Source of the DNA: Octopus vulgaris | Lineage: Eukaryota | Length of the DNA: 64,000 nt | Reading direction: 5' to 3' | Assembly: GCA_951406725.2 (NCBI GenBank) | Contig: OX597830.1 | Location: 1,674,001-1,738,000, forward strand | Shown here: positions 36,386-50,539 of the stretch, piece after piece | How the letters are laid out: every line of letters begins with the position of its first letter | Numbering within the stretch: the stretch's first letter is position 1 | The notes under the pieces: generated by a model | What the model was told of the DNA's origin: nothing | The model's input: the letters and a program-made list of their open reading frames with translations, nothing else | Database searches by the model: none | Position numbers and translations under genes: made by a program

Positions 36386-39300
36386 GATCTTCACAAATTC
36401 TCTCTTTCCCCTTCAGCCCTAAGACATGTTAGATAGACGGGTTTAGCTAGTGATTTTCTGGAATTGCTGCAAAGGGACGAGTTCGTTTGCACAGGGAAAG
36501 CACTTCCTCCGAACGGGACTCTCATACCAAGTACCTTAGGAGGTTGGGTAGATTTATTTTCTTTATACATGCTATAAACAGCAGCAAAACTAATATTCCA
36601 ATAATTAACAATCAGGATGTATTCACTCAATTTCCTTGAAACAGCAAATCTTCTACAAATCGTATCCCACCGCCAGGAAACAACCAATTGTCTAACGTAA
36701 TTCGAGATACGTTGAGGTAGGAAAAAGAAATACAATAATATGAATATAGATTGACGCCATTTAGCTACAGCTATGCTTAGGTGGCCTAGGGCTAAAAAGC
36801 AACAACAACATAATTTTCATCCTTCATTGGATGTATCTCTCTCTCACACACATACGCACACTCAAACATGTGCACAAATACTCATGTATATTTACAGATA
36901 TATATAATAAAATACGCTGGATATATATATGATAAAAGCGCACGAGTGGAGAGAGATAGGGAGAGAGAGGGGGAGAGAGAAGAAGAAGAAGAAGAAGAAG
37001 AAGACGGAGGAGGAAGAGGAGGGGGAGGAGGAGGAGAAGAAAGAAAAAAGAAAGGCAGGGAAGGGAAAAGTTTGGTAAATCTTCAAACTTCCGCAAGTTT
37101 TTGTGGGAAATATTTGAAAACAAAAAATCCACGAAAATGCCTGGAAAAGAAATATAAAAGCAGTCGGGTGAGAAATAATTTGTTTGAGGATAGGACCGCA
37201 GCTATAAGTATTTGAACTATAACTATTTTAGCTATAACTATTTTAACTACATGCCTATCGAAATATTTCCTGAATTTGGGTCTTTGTAAGAAATGATTTT
37301 GTATTGAATTTAAGAATAATTTAGTTGTATTTTACCAAGTATTGAGTTAGAAGGGGAGTGCAAACCAAAACAAAATGAGATCGTCGGTATACGCGCTGTC
37401 AAGCAAACTCATGCTCACATCAAATGTGCGCTATGGATCTGACTTATTCATCCAAGCTGCGCTATTGCCATAGAGTAGGGCCTTTCTAACATAAATCTGA
37501 TCTCTATGCTTGTGGCTTATGAACGTATAGAACTTACTTCTCTGATATGTCAACATAACCAAAAACCTGTCTGAATGCATTTCCTCATTACCCTAAAACA
37601 GTACATGTCAAAGCTTCTGTCTTTCCAAAACTCATGAGATACCTCTCCCTCGCCAGGGACACATGATATAGCTTTCATAGTGAAATCTTTACAGTAGTTG
37701 TTATCCTTTGAGACCTGCTAATGTCTGCTCCAGCCTGAGAACTTTGGCAACATCAGTGAGGTTTCATTTGACACTTTACATCGACAAAACATCTCTTCCA
37801 CAAAACCATAAGATTAAAACTGTCCAATTATAAATCCTATTTCCTTTTGCTGGCAGCCTCTTGGTAGTCCAGAGTATTCCATCATATACCTATTAAACCC
37901 ACTGTCTGATTCCTGGGGCCTCGAATGCTTTAAGCTAGTGGTTTTCAAGTGGAATCTCAAAGTTGTTATATAGAATATATAGAATCTCTGGCGAATCTCT
38001 TGTAAAAATTCTCATCTTAGTCAGTGCTAAAGCAAAATTACAAATCCTGGTATTTCGTTTTTAAATTCGGGGCCTGCATCAACTTTGTTCAATGATCTCC
38101 CTGTTGCAAGTTCAAGTAATAACTACAGGTAGGATGGTGCTTTCTGCACTGGTATCTATCAAGACGTTTGGTACCCTCGATCTCCGAGCATAAGATATGG
38201 CATCCAAGAAAAGAAACCTGTGGTGTAGACCAGCTGTTGTGGCGTTCATCATTCATTTTTGTTCATAGCAACATATTTTCTAACCTGTTTTAATCGCAAA
38301 GATGAGAAAAAATCATTCCACAGAAAATGTAAAAGTTGCTTATTTATTTCAGCAAATTAGGATCACTGCTTCGAAATAATACGGATTGCTTGAATGATCT
38401 TAATTCATCGGGGTTTTTCAACTCACTACATATTTGAGGCCCTACCGTTGTTGTAATTAGTATACAGATCACTACATGTGATATGTGGTATAAAAGAAAA
38501 TGCAAGCTGTAAGGTTATTGCCACAGGAAACACACCTATTTCTATACAGTGATTTTAATATTCTATCTAATACTTCTGCTTTGTTTGTTACTCAAAATAT
38601 TCCAGTGCCTCTTTTGAGTGTTGATGTTTCACTTTATATTATATATATATATATATATTGCATCGTCTAAGCCACACAAACTCACCAATTATCTGGTAGA
38701 ACATGTCTGCCTTTTATCAAAACAGCAACCCACCTACTCTCTAGTTAGTGCACCAAAGATTATTATTACATTTTAAATGGCTTTCAAATAAATAGCTTTT
38801 AAAACCATTTCGTTGCCACTACATATTTTCCTTTAAATATATATATATAATTTTTTTATAAAACACCAACCTAAACAATCTCTTTCATGCATGTTTCCTA
38901 TAAATTAGTAATAAAATATTCATAGATATCTGAACTGAAATATAAAAAACAAAATAAGAACATAAATACATAGGCCAACATCTATCAGACTTCAATAACA
39001 ACATTACCATTAAAATACAACTTCACTTCTAATAGAACCATTAAAGAAAGAACAAAGCAAGAAACCAAAAATGTTTCCACAATCTATGAACTATTAATCA
39101 CCTATTGATCTTTTCTAACTAAAAAAAAAAAAAAAGATGGTTTCACGACTAGTCTCTCCATATAATCTTAGAACGATTCTTTTTAATTTATAATCTGATA
39201 CCAACTTGTCTTAGCAGAGAGAAGGACATAAAATAAAAACATTTTAAAATATTAAATAAGATAACATGAAAAATTATTTAAAACAAAAAAAGGTTTGCCA

Positions 39301-39896
39301 ATTTTTAATTTGGTTAAGTGAGATCTAATATTGGTGGAGGACGTTAGATGTATAAACTAGTTTTATGTTTATCAATATGTATATTTATGCATGAGATGCA
39401 ACATTTTAGTATTTTTATTAAAATAGGGCAGGAAATTTGATGATGACACACAGACATCAATATTAACAATATTGGAGAAACATAGGCACTCAATGCTATG
39501 AAAACATTCTGCCAAAAACCAGTAACCCTCAAGTAAGACCCACGGTGGACTTTTACTCCCAAATCTGGGTAGGTTAAAGTGTGGTGAAGGCGCACTCGGC
39601 TGATTTTCTTAGTGTCGATATTATATAGTTGAAAGACTTATTTCTGTAGGCAAATATTGGCAATGCCGTTATATCATTATTAAAATAGATAATTAACAGA
39701 ATTCAAGGAGTTCAATTAAGCAGAACATGTCATTTTAAATTGCTATCGTTTAATTATCGTTTAATTACACTAAATGGGGACAGAGCTTTGGGAAAATAGA
39801 CGAATCTATTTCAATATCATATAATTTTGGTATTTACTGTGTGTATACCTTAATTGCGTTAGTGGATACTTTTAACATAACCTTTATATGTATGTA

Positions 39897-39940
<44 letters not shown>

Positions 39941-40209
39941 TATAATCGTTATTATTATTTAAAATAGGTTATGTCTATTGTATAAAATATGTAACTTTTG
40001 TCACACTCTCGTGAGTATAGTAATGCTATTAAAGCGTTTCTAGGTGCTAATATATTTAATACATTAGAACATTAGAAAAGTTTAAAAGATATGAGGTTAG
40101 GAAATAATATTTTTGATAGTAACAAATATTATATTAATAGATTAATATAGTAGTATAGTGTAGTTTATAAACTGAATAGTGTTTAGGTGTTAATATAAAA
40201 TAATACATT

Positions 40210-40497
40210 TGGGTTCAAATTCCGCTGGGGTCGATAAAATAAGTACCTGTTGAACAGTGAGGGAGATGTAATCTATTTACCTCTCTCCGCAAAATTGCTG
40301 GCCTTGTGCCAAAATTTGAAATCTATGTATATTGAACTGGCAGAATGGATAGCACGCTGGACAAAATGCTTAGCAGCATTTCAACCGTCTTTAACTTGTG
40401 AGTTCAAATTCCGCTGAGGTCGAGTTCGCTTTTCATCCCTTCTGGGTCGATAAAATAAGTACCAGTTGAATACTTAGGTCGATGTAATCGACATAAC
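40210..40497 (+). mobile_element. Two tandem partial CORE-type SINEs
   Basis: 40210-40322 (B-box, internally deleted core, tail A) and ~40335-40497 (head plus core). Confidence 0.8.
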
Positions 40498-40549
40498 CTT
40501 TCTAAAACTAATCTAAAACTGATCTTACTTTACAGAAGAGAAATTTTTC

Positions 40550-40897
40550 TTGCTACATTTCCATCCCGGTAACCAACTACTTGCCAAAGATTGGCGCCAA
40601 AACTATCCCGTACCCTCTTCCTTCAGTCCAGACATTGCTCCCTGTGAGTTTTGGTTGTACTCCAAAATGAAGGAGAATCTCAGGTTAGTTGTTTCGAAGA
40701 TGAAGGAGGCTGTGACAAGGGTCCTGAACATCTTCACTTTAGAGGACTTCCATAAGGCCTTCACGGAGCGATGGAACATTAAAACAAGTGCACTGAAGTG
40801 AGAGGATGCTAGCTTCAAGAAGAATAGAGTTCCGTACTTCTTTGAAGTTAACAAATGTCCCCTCTGAAAAAGTCTCAAAAGTTCTGGAGTGCATCAT
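40550..40897 (+). pseudogene. Mariner transposase 3' fragment with degenerate right end
   Basis: PSSFSPDIAPCEFWLYSKMK matches the mariner PPYSPDLAPxDFxLFxxLK motif. A possible TIR relic follows. Confidence 0.75.
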
Positions 40898-42573
40898 GTG
40901 CCTACATTTGTGTTAAGGACATTAACGTAACCATATCAGTTATTATCGATATTGTTTAAGCGCCTGGCAGATTGGGTGGCTATATAAGTATCTCCCTCGT
41001 TGCTTCATGCATATTGGGTGTACGTAAAGGTGGAGTTTAATCACTGATACAAAGATTCTTTGCTTTTTTTATATAGACATGTATGCATGTATGAGTCTGC
41101 ATGTATGTTTATATGTATGCCTGTGTATTTATACACGTATAGGTGTGTAGTCACATATGTATGTGTGCGTGCGCGCAGTAACGCAGCCGTTACTGTACTT
41201 TGACAATAATAATGTATTTTGTCTTTCTCTGGGTGGACAAAAAGAAAAGATGCCAGCAGAATAGTTTGAAATATTGACGAATTCTTGCATGAAACAAATG
41301 GCAGCTGAATTGCCTAAAGAGCTATAAATAGCTGCTAGCTGTGTTTAACAATAAAACTTTGTGAAATTTCTCAAGTGATTCGTGCAGCTAGCATAAAGGT
41401 ATGTTTATTTAGATTAATTCCTTAATTGCACAGTAAGCAGTTCTGTTATACTGCCTCTTATATCGTCTGTTGAGTGGAAAATGTAAATTATAAATGTGTA
41501 TTTCTGTTTTCAGTTTTCCGTATACAGAGAGAAAGAAAGGATAAGTCATTGAATCAGGCAATATCAATGGAGTTTCGTTGAACAATTAGGCATTTACTGA
41601 GGAAGTCATCAGCTGCTTCCCATTAACGATATATTTCTGTGTCATGTTTTGAGTTAATTTCTTTCATTGCGACTTCATAAGTACTTACGTGTGTGCGCGC
41701 TCGCGTTTTTGTAATTCTCAACACTGCTTGAATTCGAAAAAGGTAAGTATATATTCAAATATTATAAATCCTTATCCTATGGTTGAAATAAGAGTAGATA
41801 TGAAAGAAACGTTGTGAAATACACAAATATATAATTAATCTATCCTATATAATGACTGCGTTTTATAGAGACTGAACGCTGCTACGAGTACTGGTTCTCT
41901 GAGGAGAAGGCAACAAGCCGTGAAGCAGTCCGTCAGGAGACTTACACCTTTTTCACTGAACGGCAATAGTATAGAATAAAATATTTCCATTCTCCTTTCA
42001 CCCAAAAGGGAGGCTTAAAACTTATGTGTCTGTGTATATATGTACGTGTGCATGTTTGTGTGTGAGCACGCGCGCGTCTCTGTATGTGTGTGAGCGTATG
42101 TGTATGTGTCCCTGTGTGTGTTTCTGTGCGTAAACTGGGTTACATTAATGCATGACATGACATTACAAAACTGCTAAATAATCAATAAAAGAAATATGTT
42201 TTATGGTTGACGTTTATCAGGCTTTACAGCTGGTTTCTAATGAAACAAACGTTAGTCTATATGCAGTGTGCTGTGATATCAGATGGAACGAGATGTTGGT
42301 TTTAGCAGCAAAGATTTCATCAACATGCAATCTTCAGATTATAGAAAAATCATAAGAAATTATTATTGATTCGAATGAAACCCAAATACTAGTTATGGAA
42401 TATTAATATACTTTCTTCCATTACGGTAGATTCCTTAAAGTTTTGGAATCTTTATAGGAGAGATAACAGACAAGTGTGTTTAGGATTTTTTCTGTTATAT
42501 ATATTTTTCTTCTAAGTAACATGTGTCCATGCGTCTGTGCGTATATATGCTGGTATATGTTTATGTATATGCA

Positions 42574-42617
<44 letters not shown>

Positions 42618-45489
42618 CAAAGATATATATGTATATTTATATATTTATATTTATGTATATATATATACACGCACATATATACGCAACAGACATATACATA
42701 TGTGTGTGTGTGTGTGTGTATGAAGACACATGTGTGTATAGATATGTAGATAAAGCTCTCTCTTTGAGATTTCCTACAACATTGCTCCAGCACTGAAATA
42801 CAAACATTTATAGGCGGTATTTTGTATTTTGTTTTTGCAAAGAAGTGTGCTGTGGATATGGTACTTGCTGGCAAGGTATTATCGTTATCTGTCTGTGATT
42901 TAGATAGTAAATTCTGCTTGATATGATTGTTGTTTCCAAATGCTACTCCAGAGATGATAATGAAATGAAAAATATCTTATCGGAATGTTCCTCTTTCATT
43001 CTCTTTATCTTCTTTATCAGCAACGAGCAACGTATGTGGATACACACGCTCCGGCTAGCATAAGAATACACTCATACACATATGTAAGTATATATATGCG
43101 TATTTGTGTGCGGCTGTAAGCATGAATTCACGTATCAGTCATATATATATATATACGCATATGTATTTATATACATATTTACATACGCGTCTCTATGTGC
43201 GTTTCTGTATATGTCTGATTGTGTCTCTGTGTGTTGTATATCAGAATACATAGGCACACACAAGCATACATACATGTGTGCATGTGTGTGTGTGTATGCA
43301 TATGCACATCTATATATGAATATGTCTGTGTGTAAAAGTACATTTATATGCATTGCATAATTGTAACGAAAGAGACATATGTATGCATACAGCCCTACAA
43401 ACATACAAATGTGTGTGTATGGGTGAATGTATTTACGAATCAATGGACGTAGGCAGCTCTATGTCTTTACATTTAACTTAACAATGTAACAAAAGCAACG
43501 ACAACAACAGTAACAACAACCTCAAAAGTGGCAATAGCAATAGCATCAACAACAACACCAAGGACAACAGAACATCGTTTGCCTGTGCGTATCCGTCCGA
43601 GATCCATTGACAAGATCTTATACATATTCCAACTTTACTTCTACCATTTATTAAAAGAATTTCTCTACAGAATCTAGAGACAAACAACCTGATATTTTAT
43701 TTGATATTGGAATTGTTACTATTTTATGACACATAGTCGGAATGAAGTTCGATAAAATTAGCAGATATCTTCGCAAATAAATAGACATATTTAAAGTTAG
43801 CCACATATTCACTGAATTGATTTCATTCCAGTTTGGAAGATAGTTTTTTTTTATTGCATTATTGCTGTGAAGATATGGCAGTACTCTCTTTCTATCTCTG
43901 TATGAAATGGTTTATGCTATGTCTGTATATACATACACATGGCTACATACGTGTGCATGTATAGAGACATACATATAATATATATGTATATAAAAACTTA
44001 TATATATATATGATATGTATATATGTTATATACTACTTACATATATATAAACTATTGTATATATCTTAACAGTTGTGTTTTTGCTGGGTTTTTTTGTAGG
44101 TTTTGTTTTCTTCTTTTTTGAAATATGCCATTTTCTAACAATCCAATCATCGGACATATTTTTCTCAAATAATCCAGTTTGCTAATCAATGCAAGAGCGG
44201 CGGCGGAGTCGGAGTCACCGCCAGGAGGTTATATTATTATAGACCGGAGTGTCAGCGTGTGCTTCGCTGTATAGATATGTGTGCAGATGTCTACCAAATG
44301 GGTTTTTATAAAACATATTTCATTCGAAGCTTCTTTTTGAATTCGACATGCTATATGTGCAGTCACTCACACAAAGAGACACCTGCACACACACACACAC
44401 ACACATACACACACACACACACATATAAATATATATTCACAGAAACTTGCCTGGAAATATAACTCTCAATGCGCAGTGATACACATGTATGTAGGAATGT
44501 GTGCGTATGTGTGTGTGTGTGTATATGCGTGCATGTGTATGCATATATGTCCCTTGTATGGGTATGCGTGTGTGTGCATGCATGAATACGTGTGACCTTT
44601 AGAATTTGAACAAGTTTATTGCTTTCATAATAACTTGATCAAACTCGTTTCCTACAAAATATTTCTCTCCATTTCTGTGATTCAACCTCCAACACTTTTC
44701 CATGCATTTTTCTTTCGATTTTTCTTTTTGGGATTTTGGAATACGTTTTGTGGGGTGAGTTCCCAATTTTTGTAGTAAATCTTTTGTGATATTTTCTATC
44801 GTTGCGAATCGGTAAACTTCCATAATTTGGACTTTCGATATAAAAAGAAAGTCCCCAGAAGTTAGTCTTGAATCGAAGGAATTTCGATAATGTCCGTTTT
44901 AAAAGTGAAAATTTAGAACTCCCTCCCACTCTCTCTCACTCTTTCTATCCCTCTCTATGCGTGTGTGTGTGTATGTGCATGTGTGATATGTGTGCGTATC
45001 TGTGTATACTGTGCTTGTGTGTGCATATTGTTCAAACCACGTGTCAAGCATTAGCCTATTGCCCAAAGTGCTGCACGCCGTGGATTTCCCGATTTAAAGG
45101 TGAGGTTTATGTCAATTGAGGGAGGACAGTTTTGTTCGTTTTTCATGGAGTTAATTTTAGAAATACGTAACCATTCCATAGTACAATAACCAAAGCTAGC
45201 TGTTGTTGTCGTCGTCGTTGCTGTTGTTGCTGCTGTTGTTATTGTCATGCTTACAAATCCGTTTTTGACCCAGTTGACCTATGTCATAATATATCAGCAA
45301 CAACATAATCTAATACACCCTTCTTAATCAAAATAGTGTGATGTGATTTGGAGAAGATATGCCTGTTATTTCTAGCAAGTTGTGCCAAGACATTTAGAGC
45401 TCCCGTTTATGACGGCGTCAGGAGAGTGGCGTAACATCAAAGTTAATAAATTGGTTGTACATATGGAAATTTACTGAAATATATATATA

Positions 45490-45874
45490 CTAGCTTAAGG
45501 TGACCCGCTCTACGCGCGGGTGAGGTTGTGGTTGTTATTTTCTGTTGCTTCCTTTCTGTTTCTTATCACCACATTCTCCCTCTTTGTTTCTCTATCCTTT
45601 CTCTCTCTCACTTTCGCACTCTCTTACTCTTCCTTTCTCTCGGACTTTCCCTAGCTTTCTCTTACTCTCTATCTTTCTCTATCTCTCTCCCATTTATAAA
45701 CAACAAAAGATCTTGAGTAAGTTGAGAAAGGGAAATATTTTTACGCTTTTTAAACCCTCCGTCGTTATTCTCATTCACTCATTATTACTTTCTCCTTTCC
45801 TTTCACATTCTCTCTATAACGTCGTTTGATAGCGTCTACTATCTTTCCTCCGCCGCCTTCGCAGCGCTGTCACA

Positions 45875-45910
<36 letters not shown>

Positions 45911-46130
45911 GTCTGTCTGCATTCATAGAGAGAATTATCACCACCACCACACTATCATGAGAATCTTTCTCTCTATATATAGATAGAGAGAGAGGGGGAG
46001 AGAGAAAGTAATAATGAGTGAATGAGAATAACGACGAAGGGTTTAAAAAGCGTAAAAATATTGAAGGCGGCGGAGGAAATATAGTAGACGCTATCAAACG
46101 ACGTTATAGAGAGAATGTGAAAGGAAGGGA

Positions 46131-46166
<36 letters not shown>

Positions 46167-46397
46167 GAAAACAGTTAGATAATAGAATGAGAGTAGACTT
46201 GTCAAAATGTGCGTTTTTTGCCCTAGTAACCACACCTTTTAAGATAGGGATTTCTAACCTAACCCACTCTCATCCTCACCTCTTTTTACATGTCCCTGTA
46301 CATTTTGGAGTCAATCCAACGGGATCTAGTGGCCTTTAACCCGTTCCAATACCAAACACAAACAAACTTTTCGCATTTCAGAATTATAATATAGAGA
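45490..46397 (-). mobile_element. Non-autonomous Helitron
   Basis: Minus strand begins TC (after A) at 46397 and ends ACCCGC..GCGGGT hairpin (45503-45521) + 9 nt + CTAG (before T), i.e. an A^T insertion with no TSD. Confidence 0.75.
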
Positions 46398-46979
46398 TAT
46401 ATATTAAAATCTTTGTTTGTTCCACAAAACTGTAGAAATTAATGTGATGAACGCAGTTCCAATTTCTGAAATATTAATCTAATAAAAGGAATTATTCCTT
46501 CGTATAAAATGCCAGTCTCTTACAAAATCTATTCCAAAAACGTTGCTACATTACTCCTTATGGCCAGTTGAAAAAGGATCGACGAAATAAAGTAAGAAGC
46601 TTAAAAACACAATAGAATTCTTGTTTATTTAGAATATAGAGAAGAAACCCACAGCTAAATAATTCTTCGTTTACTAATAAGAAGCAGCAACGAACCAATA
46701 CTTCCACATACAGCTGATGGGTTTCATGTATTTTCTCCAACATTTTATTCCGTTAGTTTCTAGCTTCCAGAGTGAATTACAATTGATGACGTATCAGACA
46801 GCGTTTATGGGGCGTGAATTCTTTTCGATAAATGGTCTTGTTGAATGTGATAATATAAACTTTTTTTGAAAGAAGGAATGGAAACGAGATATAAATCAGA
46901 AAAGAAATCGATTTTTCTATCATTTTATGTTATATGACATTAAAATATAGGTATGTATGTATGAATGAATGTATATAAG

Positions 46980-47010
<31 letters not shown>

Positions 47011-47029
47011 TTATATATATATATAAAAG

Positions 47030-47790
47030 AAATTGTTGAATATAGTGCTTAGGCGCAAACTACAGCTAAGAATAAGAAAAGAAAGCCATCAGGTGTATGG
47101 TTGGCAGATTTCGGGAAGCATGGAACTTTTGAAGGGTGTAGTGTCTCAACAGCTAACGATTGATGTGGGTAGATTATTCCATACTTCAACAATTCTGAGC
47201 ATGAAAATATGTTTCCGAAAGTCATGGATGTTGAGTTGCTTTTTCATATTGTGAGCATGTCCACAAGCGTTTTGTCATATGGAATCCGAAAAAAGTGCCC
47301 AAGATTGTGGTTGGAAAGACGGTGGATAATCTTGTGGGTGTCTACCCGGTCAGTTGCCAGGCATCTGATCTTCAATGCGTCCATGGCCAGGGAAGCAAGA
47401 GTACGGTAAATGATTGACAGCCGGTATTCGTTTTGTTGCAGGTTTCTGAATACTTTCCAGGAAACTAATGTGCTGAACAAGAGAGGGGTTCCACACTGGT
47501 GATGCAAATTCTAAGTATGGATGCACCATTACGTTATCATATACAGTCTTAAACACATAGCTGGAGAGCGACTGACAAATGTCTTACTGAGTGATGCAAG
47601 GACACCTTCAGCCATCTTGGCAATCTTCGAGATGTCGTTTGTCCAATGCAGGTCGCTATTTACAATAATACCCAGATCACGTTCAGTAGCAGACTTCTTG
47701 CGATTAGTGTTGTTGAGGGAGTATGTAAAGGCATGTAAAGGCTGGGTTCTACCTTCCAAAGTGTTTGGTGACACACTTGTCCAAAGCTAG
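47030..47790 (-). pseudogene. CR1/L2-group LINE 3' fragment
   Basis: ERDLGIIVNSDLHW, HPYLEFASPVWNP, LESIQKPATKRIP in successive frames. Lies between (TA)n tracts. Confidence 0.8.
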
Positions 47791-47831
47791 CTTCAATCTG
47801 ATTTTTGTCTGTCTACTAAGAATCTCAACTA

Positions 47832-47907
<76 letters not shown>

Positions 47908-48250
47908 TTAAGGCACGATATATTGATTTATATGATCCCGTGATAGTTACAAAAAACTCCTTTAGTGGACCACAAACCACATAGCAAACCACTACATATA
48001 AAGTATCGGCCTTTGCAGTTGTAATCGCGTAAATCCTATCATTGAAGACTTATTTCCTGAGGAGTAGAAAATAAAGAAAGTCAGGAGGTATGAAATAAAG
48101 ATATTTAGTTCACCACTTGATATCCTAAAAATTACGATCACTAAAATAGATTATTTTTGAATCATTTTGGCTCCGAAACGATCGCCATCTTAGGGACATC
48201 AACTGCTGAAATAAATGTATTCATCTCATACCTCCCGACTCTCTTTATAT

Positions 48251-48404
<154 letters not shown>

Positions 48405-50197
48405 GATACGTACATGCATATATTATTTAGCAAATATAAAATTGACTGACTTCGAAGTTTCGGTCATCAACATATATAAAGCGTGAGATTAGAACATGGG
48501 TTATGTTACCACGCTCTTTGGCTCACGGGTGTTTCTGCTATAAGGAACTGAAAAATAATAGTTGACTTTTGTTTCTATATGAAACAGAAAGCTCGATGAA
48601 GATCATTTTGTGTCTAGTTTGAGCAGGTTAATAATTATGAAGAGGTTTTTTTCTTCCTCTAACTTGCTCTGCAATTTCGGGCTGCTGCTGCTGGTGACCT
48701 GTAATTTCAGAGACATGTTTATAATTCTCACCAATGCAGCGTCTTTGGTTTTTTAGTTCTAATGAGTCACATTTATGTTAGTAAGCATTATTATTTGATC
48801 GCAGACATGTGACTGATACATAACCGCAGACATATATCTAATCGAGTAGATGACTGTAGAAATTGAGGCAGTTAGCATTTCATTATATTTTGTATACCCA
48901 GACCCATATTATGAAATACGTCTTTCTTGTATTCAAGACAACAAGTTGTGACTGGAAGGACATTTGATTACTATTTCTAGATATTTGTCTGTCCCCGTAA
49001 ATTTCTTCTTACATCGAAATCTTTGGGTTATCTGTGTGGAATGTTCATTTGACATTATTTTTCTTTGCCACTCCAAGGGATCACACACCAAATCATCTTA
49101 AAAGAAAAATGTTTGCTTATATGAAATTGAATCAATGTCAAATGCCTTTGTGACGCACTGACATAAAGTTAAGTCACTGTTAGATCTCAATGTTTATTGA
49201 GAACATTCAATGGCCAGTACTGAAATTATTGATGTGTCGCAGACCAGCAATAAACAGAATCCTGAGTTACATGTAATTAAGAATAATATGGACATGGTTT
49301 TGTAGTTAAGTCGTTAGCTTCCAAACTACACAGTTTTTCGTTCAATCGAAATGCGAGATACTCTGGACGGCCTTGCGTTAACAAAATTTTTGTGAGAGAA
49401 ATTTAATAAACGGACACCGGGAGGAGACACGTTGGCAGGATCTTTCTGGTGTTAGATGCTAGATTTCATTCGGTGCCCAACTTAACACCGCCACCTGGCC
49501 AGGCTGTGATTTGTTCACTCTACGCTGTTGCCCCTATTTGATAGTGGTCACTGGCCTGAAGATAATTTGACCCTTTTCTACCATTTGTGGCAAAGAGCCT
49601 AAAAGTGTTCAAGTCTGCTGTCTCTCTTATCAGGCAATCATTGTTTTCTGATATATCTAACAATAACTCTAGTCAAATCAAGTTACTCTACAGACCATTT
49701 AAATATATTATACTTAATTTATGTTATCTTATATTATCATACAAAACATAATTTCAACGTTTAAAAATATATATTATGTATTATGTCATAAATGTAATTT
49801 TAATAAAGTATCTTCTGCATAATTCAAGTCATTTTAAAACTCCTATACAATATATCATACAGATCACTTCCAGATGTTTATTATCTTACAAATAAATCAT
49901 TTTAAAACATCATGTCTAATATATATTAACTTAAATTGCTATGTATTGTATAATTTAAGATAATCTTTAAATTACTTCATAAATATTATATTCATAATTT
50001 ATGTTCTACACATCCAAGATATTTTAAAATATCATATATGTGTGTGCGTATTTGTAGTCATATATATAAATATGCACATGCATATATAATTACATAGATA
50101 TATGTATATATAAATACATACATAATACACGCATACACATATACGCACACACACATACGTGTATATATATGTATATATATATATATATACATATACA

Positions 50198-50230
<33 letters not shown>

Positions 50231-50234
<4 letters not shown>

Positions 50235-50296
50235 CTCTACCACTGTTATTTGAGTCCTCTTTTTTCCACCTTGTTTCACATTTATGTGTTTACTCC

Positions 50297-50342
<46 letters not shown>

Positions 50343-50471
50343 GGAGTAAACACATAAATGTGAAACAAGGTGGAAAAAGAGGACTCAAATAACAGTGGTA
50401 AGTAATATGCTTTTGTTTAAAGCAGCAGAAAATTCAACAATTTGTTGAATTTTCTGCTGCTTTAAATAAAG
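50231..50471. repeat. Compound palindrome in (TA)n: A'-(TA)n-A-B-B'
   Basis: 50231-50298 is the reverse complement of ~50341-50407. 50411-50440 and 50442-50471 form a second hairpin. Confidence 0.9.
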
Positions 50472-50475
50472 TATA

Positions 50476-50526
<51 letters not shown>

Positions 50527-50539
50527 GGACGTATGTATA

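Noticed and set aside
35832-36735. Host exon or ORF disrupted by the SINE
   Set aside because: Removing the SINE and one TSD gave only short frames in those I checked (stops within ~45 codons), and no motif was recognised.
41333-41393. miRNA-like hairpin (TGCTAGCTGTG..TGCAGCTAGCA)
   Set aside because: Only ~11 bp of good stem with an irregular interior, and no known mature miRNA recognised.
48050-48090. CTGAGGA..GAAAGTC hammerhead-like spacing (similar case near 62188)
   Set aside because: Stem II cannot pair convincingly.
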